DNA of 64,000 nt from a bacterium (lineage in GTDB: Bacteria > UBA8248). The DNA lies in NCBI GenBank assembly GCA_965213625.1, contig CBDBZU010000004.1:2976001-3040000 (forward strand), in the 5' to 3' direction. Below are positions 9,192 through 17,572 of the stretch, one piece after another. The position numbers were made by a program, and so were the translations under genes. Below the pieces are notes generated by a model, which was not told the DNA's origin, did not search any database, and saw only the letters and a program-made list of their open reading frames with translations. Numbering within the stretch: the first letter of the stretch is position 1; every line of letters starts with the position of its first letter.

Positions 9192-9584
9192 CTATTCCTC
9201 GCCGATGACGGCGACGGCCTGTATTTCCACCATCATTTCCGGCTTTGCGAAACCCGCCACCGTGATCAAGGCGCTGCCGGGATATCCATCCGGGAAATAC
9301 TGCTTTCTGAGATCGACGAACCGATCCCCATACTGGACGTTCAGAGTGAAGACGGTCATCGTCACGATGTCCTGAAGTTTTCCGCCCGCCCGCTCCAGGG
9401 TTCGCTCAATCTGGCGAAACGTGGCGTGCACCTGCGCGTCGAAATCTCCCGCCAGCACGTTTCCCCGCTCATCGCGCCACATCCCTACGCCGGCAAGCCA
9501 GATGTGCTCGCCTCCTTTCGTCTTCACCGCAGGCGAAAAGGAACGATCCTCCTGCCAGGTGCCCTTGAAATACTCGCGCGCCAT
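9192..9584 (-). CDS. RidA/YjgF family protein
   Basis: FSPAVK, AGGKLQDIV, PGSALITV, MVEIQAVA; start set to ATG 9584. Confidence 0.85.
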   Translation of the reverse strand: MAREYFKGTWQEDRSFSPAVKTKGGEHIWLAGVGMWRDERGNVLAGDFDAQVHATFRQIERTLERAGGKLQDIVTMTVFTLNVQYGDRFVDLRKQYFPDGYPGSALITVAGFAKPEMMVEIQAVAVIGEE

Positions 9585-10810
9585 TATGTTGCCTCCCCGG
9601 GTTTTGATGTTTCCGTTTTTTTGCCTCTTAACTGCACCGATGCCGAAACGGCCAGCCAGCTCATGATCGCAAAACAAAAATAGCTCGCATCCAGATTCAC
9701 CTGCTCGGCGAGCCACCCGCCCAGCAATGGGGCGAGGAAACTCAAGCCGTGGCAGGTATAAATGAATCCGACGGATGAAGCGAGAATATCCTTTTCCGAG
9801 AAATCAGCCGCCGCGGTGAGGATAATCGGGCTCACGAACCCGACGACACCCGTCAATGCCGAAAGAATATAAAACCCCGTTTCCCACCCCATGAACGGCA
9901 GGGCGAAAACGAATACTCCCAGCAGCGTCAAGGGCCAGAACAAAGCGGCCCGCGCCCCCCAGCGGTTATACAGGACTCCCATCAATGGTTTGGCCAACAT
10001 GCCGAACCCGAAATGGAGCGATACGGCCACGCCGATTTGCGCCGTGTTCATCCCCAGGTTCGAGGTCGCCAGAAGGGGGAGAAAACCTATCATTCCCTTG
10101 GTGCACATGCCGCGCAAAGTGTAGGTCGCCGCCAGCCACACCGTGTTTTTGTTCTCGACGACCCGCCTGATGATGGAGAAGACTTTCAGGTCCGCCGTTT
10201 TTCCCGCTTCGCGAATGGAGCGATTTCTCCCTTCGCTGAACCGTGCGTTCACCAGAGGGAGGAGCGCTATGGCGGGGGCCGCGCATGCGCCGACCGCCGC
10301 GCGCCATCCGGCTACCGCCGCCAGCGCCGCCTGGGCCAGCGGGAGGATGCTGGTTCCCAGATTGCCGCCCAGGCTGTGCCACGAAATGGCGAATGCGCGG
10401 TCGCGCTCGAAGCGATTCGCCGTCAGCGCCGTTCCGCACGGGTGGTAAACGGAATTGCCCGCGCCCGCCAGAAACGCCAGGGCGCACATAGGCAAGAACC
10501 GGCTCACCCAAATCATCGCCATGAAAGAGGCGGCGGAGAGGCCCATGCCCATCAGCAGGATTCGTTTTCTGGCGCCCGTGCTGTCCGCCAGTATGGAGAG
10601 GGGGTATTGGAAGATCATCTGCCCCAGACTGAAAGTGCTGAGGAGGACTCCCACTTCGAAGGGAGAGAGGTCGAGATCCACGACGATGAGCGCGAGAACG
10701 GGAACGAGCATGTTGGAGAACCCGTCACTCAGCCCGTGGGTAAAACCGATGACGCTCAGATCGAAATAATCACCGAGCCTCCAAGCCGGTTTTTGCGCTT
10801 GTGTGGTCAC
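9584..10810 (-). CDS. MFS transporter (Fsr-like)
   Basis: About 12 TM helices, AGAGNSVYHP, HSLGGNLG; GTG start overlapping the upstream stop (start approximate). Confidence 0.85.
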   Translation of the reverse strand: MTTQAQKPAWRLGDYFDLSVIGFTHGLSDGFSNMLVPVLALIVVDLDLSPFEVGVLLSTFSLGQMIFQYPLSILADSTGARKRILLMGMGLSAASFMAMIWVSRFLPMCALAFLAGAGNSVYHPCGTALTANRFERDRAFAISWHSLGGNLGTSILPLAQAALAAVAGWRAAVGACAAPAIALLPLVNARFSEGRNRSIREAGKTADLKVFSIIRRVVENKNTVWLAATYTLRGMCTKGMIGFLPLLATSNLGMNTAQIGVAVSLHFGFGMLAKPLMGVLYNRWGARAALFWPLTLLGVFVFALPFMGWETGFYILSALTGVVGFVSPIILTAAADFSEKDILASSVGFIYTCHGLSFLAPLLGGWLAEQVNLDASYFCFAIMSWLAVSASVQLRGKKTETSKPGEAT

Positions 10811-11802
10811 TACGATGCGGGAAGATCGCGCCAGGCGGGAACGATGCCTCCGCCGTCGGCTTCCATGACCGCGCGGCAAATCGCGTGGCCGACAGCCTTG
10901 ATGGCGGCTGCGCCTACGACGTCGAGCGCCGCCTCTCGCTCCCCGTGAGAGAGCGCGAACACCATGTCTCCATCCACCGTCGTATAGGAGGGGCGGACAG
11001 TCCGAATGAGTCCGTTCGTCGCCAATTGGGCGAGTTTGTGGGTTTCTGTTTTCGTCAGGCGGGCATTCGTCGCCACGGCGACCAGCGTCGTGTTCTGGGA
11101 AGTGTTGGAAAACCCCTCAAAAGGTCGTCCGTGGATTCTCAGGTGTTCTTCCGTATCCACGATCCCCTGCTCGGGGGGCATCGCCCTGGGTCCGGCAACC
11201 GGTTTTCCCGTCTCCGGGTCGTACACGCCGCCGAAGGCGTTCACCGCGGCAATCGCGCCAACGACACCACCCCCCGGCAGCGCAACGCTCGCCGTACCGA
11301 CGCCGCCCTTCATGGCTCGTTCCTGGCCGAACAGTTTCCCGATCGTGGCGCCCGCGCCTGCGCCCACGCTCCCCTGGGGGCCTTCGGCGTTCGAAGCCGC
11401 ATCGCATGCGGCGCGCCCCATCGCAGCGTTCGGACGGACTCTGCCGTCACCGAAATGCAGATCGAACAACACACCTGCTGCGACCGTGGGCACGTTGAAT
11501 AGCCCGGTTGGAAACCCCCTGCCCTGCTCCTCGAGAAAGGCCATGACACCGTCGGCAGAAGCCAGGCCGAACGCGCTGCCTCCCGTCAAGACGATCGCGT
11601 CCACGCCGCCGACCAGATGCTCGGCGCGCAGCGCATCCATGCCGCGCGTCGCCGTCGCCGTGCCTCGTAATTCGCACGCCCCGACGGTCCCTGGAGGGCA
11701 TAGCACCACGGAGACGCCCGTCCTGGCTTCTTCATCGTGCGCGTGGCCGAGGTAAAAGCCCGGCACGTCGGTTATGCAGCCTGTGAGGTCAGAGAGATTC
11801 AG
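10810..11802 (-). CDS. P1/S58 (DmpA-like) peptidase
   Basis: ITDVPGFYLGH, LTGGSAFGL, GSVGAGAGAT, NTTLVAVATNA, DGDMVFAL; start uncertain (CTG 11802 after GAGGAG, or GTG 11865). Confidence 0.88.
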   Translation of the reverse strand: MNLSDLTGCITDVPGFYLGHAHDEEARTGVSVVLCPPGTVGACELRGTATATRGMDALRAEHLVGGVDAIVLTGGSAFGLASADGVMAFLEEQGRGFPTGLFNVPTVAAGVLFDLHFGDGRVRPNAAMGRAACDAASNAEGPQGSVGAGAGATIGKLFGQERAMKGGVGTASVALPGGGVVGAIAAVNAFGGVYDPETGKPVAGPRAMPPEQGIVDTEEHLRIHGRPFEGFSNTSQNTTLVAVATNARLTKTETHKLAQLATNGLIRTVRPSYTTVDGDMVFALSHGEREAALDVVGAAAIKAVGHAICRAVMEADGGGIVPAWRDLPAS

Positions 11803-11842
11803 AAGAGAGACTCCTCGTTTCCTCGGGCATCGATCGATCCGC

Positions 11843-12499
11843 CTAGTCCGCGACGGGCAATTCACCGGACGACGGGCCGGGCAGCTCGCCGGTTTCGAGG
11901 ATGCTGTCGATGACGTATTTGTATTGTTCCGCCGGCACCGCGCCGACCATGACCGCTTGGTCGTTCACGACGACGGAGGGGATGCCCGTTATCCCTAAAT
12001 TCGTGGCTTCCATGTATTCCTTGACGGCCTTTTCCTTCAAACCCCCGCTTTCGAGTGTGTCACGGTACCTGTCCATATCCAGACCGCTTTTCTCCGCCAC
12101 GTCGCTCACCACTTCGGGGTTCGATATGTTCCTGTTTTCCGTGAAGAAGGCGGCCAGAAGATTATCGTGGAATTTTTCCCACTCTTCGGGGCCCTGGAAC
12201 CTCGCCGCCAGCCCGGCTTCCGCTGAGGGCATCGAGCAGTTCGGGAATTCCTCCTCGCTCTCCCACAAGGTGAAATCGCCGGAATCTGGCTGTGAATCCG
12301 CGTTCGTCCAGTGGTTTTTCCGGTAATCGTTGAACACCGCCGTGGGGTCCGGCTCGGGCCTCAGCATGAATACCCTGTACTGGATTTCGACTTTATCTCC
12401 GTATTCTTCTTTAATCTTCTTCAGGCGCACGGCCGAGTTGAAGCACCAGGGTCACAAAAAATCGCTGTAAACCGTGAACCGTACAGGGGCGTTCTCCAT
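11843..12499 (-). CDS. DsbA/FrnE-like thioredoxin-fold protein, probable selenoprotein (UPWC)
   Basis: ATG 12499 reads MENAPVRFTVYSDFL-TGA(12452-12454)-PWCF..., in frame with ORF 11843..12430; cis-Pro motif GITGIPS. Confidence 0.88.
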
Positions 12500-12555
12500 T
12501 TCTCTCTCCTTTGGCTCCGGGCGAATGACGCCGGCGCAGACTGATGAACGGCAAA

Positions 12556-13443
12556 CTATAGTCTCATGTGCCTCATATGCACCTTCACTTTCTCGCCGAT
12601 GCCCGTTTCCAGAAACTGGGCGGCATTTCCTTCGGGCACGAATATCTCCAGCCGAGTCCAGCTGTTGAACTGCGCGCCGAGATCACCCGTCTTCACCGCC
12701 TGATAGAATTCGCTCACTCCGTTAATCACGTGGCCGCCAATTTCGATGATCGGCAAATGCGCGACATCGTCTTCTCCATACTCGAAACGCCAGAAAGTCG
12801 TGGTGTCGATGTTCGTCACGAGGTTACCGTAATGATCGACGTAGATGACCTCGCCGGAGATGGTATCGGAGTCCTCGAATTCCACTGCCGGGAAATCGAA
12901 GCGCACCGGATCGGTGATGATGGATCCGAAATCCTCCGGTGGAGCTCCGTAGGAGAGATGCCCCGCGACGGGCGCGAAAATATCCCTGCCGTGGAAGGTG
13001 GAACTCACCTCGTCCAGGAAAAACGCATCTTCTTCGAGCTCTCTCGTCCACATATAGAGGGGGTCGTCATACACGCAGGAAAACATGCCGTTGTCCGGCC
13101 CCACGAAGTAATAGTTTTCCGTGGCGGCTATAACCCCCCTTCGGCTGCTTCCCACGCCGGGGTCCACGACCGCCAAATGAATCGTACCGCGCGGAAAGTA
13201 ATGCGCCGAGGACCCCAGAATCAACGACGCCGCCTTGACGTCGTAAGGCGCTACGGAGTGGGTGATGTCCACAAGCCGGGCCATCGGGTTGATAGCCAGG
13301 ACGACGCCCTTCATCACTCCCACATAGTGTTCATCGCTACCGAAATCCGTGAGGAGCGTGACGATCGGCTGCGCGCCGCTTTCCTCTTCGTAATCGGGTG
13401 CGCCCTCGTGAAAAGGATTTGGACGCGATTGATCGTCCGTCAT
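12556..13443 (-). CDS. SAM hydroxide adenosyltransferase / chlorinase-fluorinase family (DUF62)
   Basis: VTLLTDFG, LAVVDPGVG, VGPDNG, STFHGRDIFAP, YVDHYGN. Confidence 0.92.
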   Translation of the reverse strand: MTDDQSRPNPFHEGAPDYEEESGAQPIVTLLTDFGSDEHYVGVMKGVVLAINPMARLVDITHSVAPYDVKAASLILGSSAHYFPRGTIHLAVVDPGVGSSRRGVIAATENYYFVGPDNGMFSCVYDDPLYMWTRELEEDAFFLDEVSSTFHGRDIFAPVAGHLSYGAPPEDFGSIITDPVRFDFPAVEFEDSDTISGEVIYVDHYGNLVTNIDTTTFWRFEYGEDDVAHLPIIEIGGHVINGVSEFYQAVKTGDLGAQFNSWTRLEIFVPEGNAAQFLETGIGEKVKVHMRHMRL

Positions 13444-14831
13444 GGCGCTAACTCCCCCCATAAGGCATCCGACCTTGCGGCGATGCGGGAAAATCCATTC
13501 TTCGCGGGTAAAGATGCGAGCCGCACCGGAACCGTGCGCCCTATCCATTCATCAGGACCGGACGCCAGCACGCGGATGTAATTGTCCGACAAGCCGGTGA
13601 GAAGGCCGTCTTCAGTACGTTTGCTCTCGATCAACACGTCCGTTTCCTCCCCGGTTTGCGAGGAGACGAACGCCGCCCATTTCCTGCGGCCCAATTCCTG
13701 TAAGGCGCGCGCGCGGGCTTTCTGCTCGGCCTTTGGAATCTGCTCCGGCATTTCGATAGCCGCCGTCCCCTCGCGCGGCGAATACGGGAAAACGTGCAGA
13801 TACGCCAATGGCGATTCCCGCACCCATTCCATGGTCCGCTCGAACGCCTCCTTGCTCTCACCGGGAAAGCCGACGATGAAATCTCCGCCGAGGCAAGCCC
13901 CGTCTATTTTTCTTGCGATTTCATCGAACCGGCGCGCGCAGCGCTCGGCGGTATAGTTACGGTTCATCGCCGCGAGCGTTTCATCGTCCCCGCTCTGGAC
14001 GGGTATGTGGAAATGGCGGCAAATGTATCTTCCCCCATTCGACCTGGCAGGACTATACGCCTCGCCCGCCACGACGCGTATCAGTTCTCGCGTGAATTCC
14101 CCCGGCTCCACGGAGGAGAGCCTGAGGCGGAAATTTTTTTCAATCTCAAGCAATCGGCTCACCAGACGGCTCAGGGTGCTGCGCGGCTTGATGTCCCTGC
14201 CGTATGCGCCGAGGTGAATGCCGGTGAGCACCAGTTCCTCGTGCCCTCCAGTTAGCAGGGTACCGGCATGCGCAGCGCACGATTCCATTTCCAGCGAGCG
14301 GCTCGCCCCGCGCGCGATGGTCGTCGCGCAAAATGTGCAGGAAAAGTTGCACCCGTCCTGAACCTTGAGGTACGCCCGCGTCCTGCTGCCGAATTGAGGC
14401 AGGACGACGCTCTCGATATCGAGGCTTTCCTCGATGGGAGAAACCCGCATTTCGGGCTTCTCACCTCCAAGGAGCGGTATCGCCAGTTCATCGGGGAGCC
14501 TCAGTTTCTCCCTGTTTCCGAGCAGGAGGTCGACTTCCGGGATCAGCATATTCTCCGCGTTTGCCTGGGCGGAGCATCCCGCAATGACGACCTTGGCGTC
14601 CGGGCCGCCCGTCCGCCGCGCCTTGCGCGCCAGTCGCCTGCCCTCGCGGTCGGCTTCGGCCGTGACCGTGCAGCTGTTGACGACGTAGACGTCCGCTTCC
14701 TCTCCAAACGGAACCAACTCGAAACCAGCCCCCGCAGAGAGGTGCTTCATGGCTTCACCCTCGGCGTGGTTGAGCTTGCAGCCCAGATTGGCCAGGGCGA
14801 GGCGCAGGGGTTTCGCGCTTGCGCTCTTCAT
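13440..14831 (-). CDS. mtaB: tRNA t6A methylthiotransferase MtaB
   Basis: LGCKLN, VNSCTVT, AGCSAQ UPF0004 Cys; radical SAM CNFSCTFC; HVFPYSPREGT; TRAM-like C-terminus. Confidence 0.92.
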   Translation of the reverse strand: MKSASAKPLRLALANLGCKLNHAEGEAMKHLSAGAGFELVPFGEEADVYVVNSCTVTAEADREGRRLARKARRTGGPDAKVVIAGCSAQANAENMLIPEVDLLLGNREKLRLPDELAIPLLGGEKPEMRVSPIEESLDIESVVLPQFGSRTRAYLKVQDGCNFSCTFCATTIARGASRSLEMESCAAHAGTLLTGGHEELVLTGIHLGAYGRDIKPRSTLSRLVSRLLEIEKNFRLRLSSVEPGEFTRELIRVVAGEAYSPARSNGGRYICRHFHIPVQSGDDETLAAMNRNYTAERCARRFDEIARKIDGACLGGDFIVGFPGESKEAFERTMEWVRESPLAYLHVFPYSPREGTAAIEMPEQIPKAEQKARARALQELGRRKWAAFVSSQTGEETDVLIESKRTEDGLLTGLSDNYIRVLASGPDEWIGRTVPVRLASLPAKNGFSRIAARSDALWGELAP

Positions 14832-14937
14832 GGCTTAACTCACCTCGTTCATGCCGACTACCTTCAACTGTTGAAAAATGCTACTTTTACAGCGAATCTT
14901 ACGCTTAGCGCAAATTGGCCCGCAAGGGCTGTTTCGC

Positions 14938-14967
14938 TTGACGAGAAAGAGCGGCAGTTGGTAGGGT
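14938..14967 (+). promoter_or_regulatory. Putative sigma70 promoter for the coxMSDE-like operon
   Basis: TTGACG, 18 nt spacer ending TGn, then TAGGGT. Confidence 0.4.
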
Positions 14968-15151
14968 AGCTCCGCCCGTAAGAGAGTGATAACGATTTGT
15001 TCGGCCAGTTCATCGGGGGACGCAGGCTGGCTATGTCACTCTGAGCGTTTTTCTTGTCCCCTTCTGTCGAATATGATTCGGCTTCGTTTTCAGTTTTCAT
15101 TGCAGGCATTGGTTGATTCTATTTCAGTAGATTTGAGGAGAGTTTCCGTCT

Positions 15152-16018
15152 ATGCGTGGTTTTGACTTCGTGGCGCCGACGACCATATCGGCCACCCTAA
15201 AAGCGGCAAAAGGCAGAAGCACAAAGTACATCGCCGGAGGCACCAATTTCCTGCCCGATCTCAGGCACCAGCACGACGGCCCGGCGAAAGTCGTCATCGA
15301 CCTGATGAGAGTCTCTGCGCTACAGGGGATTTCCTCATCCAAGGGCCAGATTAAGCTGGGCGCCCTCGCGACCATGACGGACTTGTTGACCAACAAGACC
15401 ATTCTCAAGGAAGCGCCCATCCTGGCGGCGATGTCGGAGAAATTCGCAGGCCCGATCATCCGCAACCGCGCCACGGTGGCCGGCAACATCGTCGACGGCG
15501 GCCCCGCTGCCGACGCCGTTCCTCCCCTCCTCGCTCTGAAGGCGAAGGTGAGACTCGCCAGCGAAAAAGGAAGGCGGACGGTCGATCTCGACAAATTCCT
15601 CACCGGATACCGCCAGACGGCAATCCGGTCCAATGAATTGATCACCGCCGTAACCTTCCCCTCCCCCGGTAGAAACCACAAATGGGGCTATTACAAACTC
15701 GCTCGCAGGAACGCCATGGCCATCACCGTGGTGGGCGTGGCGGTCGTGTTGAAGGTGAGGCGCAAGAAGGTGGAAGAAGCGGGTATTTCGCTGGGCTCCG
15801 TGACGGCGGCTCCCATCCGCTGCTATGAGGCCGAGAAAATTCTCGAAGGCAACGTGGTGAATCTTGAACTGGCCCAAAAAGCCGCGGAAGCCTGCGCCGC
15901 CGTGGCGGCGCCAATCGACGACATTCGCGCATCGGCAGAATACCGCAAGCTGATGTGCGAAGTTCTGCCGCGTCGTCTCATCTGCCAGGCGCTGGATATT
16001 TCACAGGACAACGAATAG
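15152..16018 (+). CDS. Molybdenum hydroxylase FAD-binding subunit (CoxM/CutM-like)
   Basis: YIAGGTN, IRNRATVAGN, PIDDIRASAEYR. Confidence 0.92.
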   Translation: MRGFDFVAPTTISATLKAAKGRSTKYIAGGTNFLPDLRHQHDGPAKVVIDLMRVSALQGISSSKGQIKLGALATMTDLLTNKTILKEAPILAAMSEKFAGPIIRNRATVAGNIVDGGPAADAVPPLLALKAKVRLASEKGRRTVDLDKFLTGYRQTAIRSNELITAVTFPSPGRNHKWGYYKLARRNAMAITVVGVAVVLKVRRKKVEEAGISLGSVTAAPIRCYEAEKILEGNVVNLELAQKAAEACAAVAAPIDDIRASAEYRKLMCEVLPRRLICQALDISQDNE

Positions 16019-16057
16019 AAGACTTCATCGTCTCTTGAGAATTTCATTGGAGAACAC

Positions 16058-16612
16058 TTGAAGATGGCTACAGCAAGCAAATCTAAACGAACCAAAAAAT
16101 CGAGCGCTCCCGCATACGTGCCGCCCAAGAAACTGCCCATTTCATTCACGGTGAACGGCCAGGAAGTCAGCGCCGAAGCGCCCGCGCACACCACTTTGCT
16201 GTATCTGCTGCGCGACCTGGGCTTCACCGAGGTGAAAAACGGCTGCGAGGCGGGCGATTGCGGCGCGTGCACGATTCTTCTGGATGGTCTGGCGATGAAC
16301 GCTTGCTGCGCGCTCGGCGTCCAGGCCGAAGGGCGTGAGATCACCACCGTCAAGGGCATCGGCACGGTGGACAACCTCCATCCCATACAAGAAAAATTCA
16401 TCGAGCACGGCGCCATCCAGTGCGGTTTTTGCACGCCTGGAATGATAGTCGCCGCGAAGGAGTTGCTCGACAACACCCCGAATCCCAGCCGACACGAAAT
16501 CAAGGCCGGCATTGCGGGTAATCTATGTCGCTGCACAGGCTACGTGAAGATTATCGACGCTATCGAGGCCGCGGCTGAAGAACTTTCCTCGAAGAAAGGA
16601 AAAGGTAAATGA
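16058..16612 (+). CDS. Molybdenum hydroxylase 2x[2Fe-2S] small subunit (CoxS-like)
   Basis: GCEAGDCGAC, QCGFCTPG, GNLCRCTGY. Confidence 0.95.
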   Translation: MKMATASKSKRTKKSSAPAYVPPKKLPISFTVNGQEVSAEAPAHTTLLYLLRDLGFTEVKNGCEAGDCGACTILLDGLAMNACCALGVQAEGREITTVKGIGTVDNLHPIQEKFIEHGAIQCGFCTPGMIVAAKELLDNTPNPSRHEIKAGIAGNLCRCTGYVKIIDAIEAAAEELSSKKGKGK

Positions 16613-17559
16613 GCGTGACTGCCTCATCGAATTCCACCAAGAAGAAAAAGGCTTCTGAAGAGGGATTCTCGAACGTCGATGACGTTCAAGAGTCGTTCAG
16701 AAAACTCGATTACATCTCCGACCGTACCCTGGCGACCACCCTCTTCCTGGCCACGAAGCTCGAAAAGCCCCTCTTCCTTGAAGGAGAAGCAGGCGTAGGT
16801 AAAACGGAACTCGCCAAGGTGCTCGCCAGCGCGATGGATACCGAGCTCATCCGCCTGCAATGCTACGAGGGTCTCGACGCGAACTCGGCTCTTTACGAGT
16901 GGAACTATGCGAAACAACTCCTCCACATCAAGATGGAGGAAGGTAAGGATTCGGACGCGAAGTCGATTGAAAAAGACATCTTCAGCGAAGAATACCTGAT
17001 AGAACGGCCGCTTCTTCGCGCGCTTTTGCATTCGAAAGAAAAGCCGGTGGTCCTCCTCATCGACGAAATCGACCGCTCAGACGAGGAGTTCGAAGCATTC
17101 CTGCTGGAAATCCTCTCGGACTACCAGATCACGATTCCCGAGATGGGGACCGTAAAGGCGGCCAGCAAGCCTCTGGTGGTGCTCACCAGCAACCGGACGC
17201 GCGAAATCCACGATGCCCTCAAACGCCGTTGCCTGTATCTGTGGGTCGACTACCCCTCCTTCGAGAAAGAAGTGGAGATCATCACGACGAAGGTGCCTGG
17301 AATCAGCGATCGGCTGGCGGAGCAAATCTCGCGCTTCATGACGCAGGCGAGGCAGATGGATTTCTACAAACGCCCCGGCGTGGCCGAATCCCTCGACTGG
17401 GCGCAGGCGCTCCTCGCTCTGCACCGCAATGAGTTAGACGCCGATGCCGTGCGGGAGACCATCGGCTGCATTCTGAAATATCAGGATGACATCAAGCGGG
17501 TGGAAAGGGATGGTCTCGACAGCATGGTAGCGACTGCGCAACTCGCGCCCGACGCTTAA
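16609..17559 (+). CDS. MoxR-family AAA+ ATPase (CoxD-like)
   Basis: GEAGVGKT, RLQCYEG, LLIDEIDR, LTSNRTRE. Confidence 0.93.
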   Translation: MSVTASSNSTKKKKASEEGFSNVDDVQESFRKLDYISDRTLATTLFLATKLEKPLFLEGEAGVGKTELAKVLASAMDTELIRLQCYEGLDANSALYEWNYAKQLLHIKMEEGKDSDAKSIEKDIFSEEYLIERPLLRALLHSKEKPVVLLIDEIDRSDEEFEAFLLEILSDYQITIPEMGTVKAASKPLVVLTSNRTREIHDALKRRCLYLWVDYPSFEKEVEIITTKVPGISDRLAEQISRFMTQARQMDFYKRPGVAESLDWAQALLALHRNELDADAVRETIGCILKYQDDIKRVERDGLDSMVATAQLAPDA

Positions 17560-17572
17560 TCCGGACTACTTC

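Noticed and set aside
12556-13443. True fluorinase/chlorinase
   Set aside because: Has the TFHGRD Arg/His signature of the common DUF62 SAM hydrolases; no halometabolite cluster nearby
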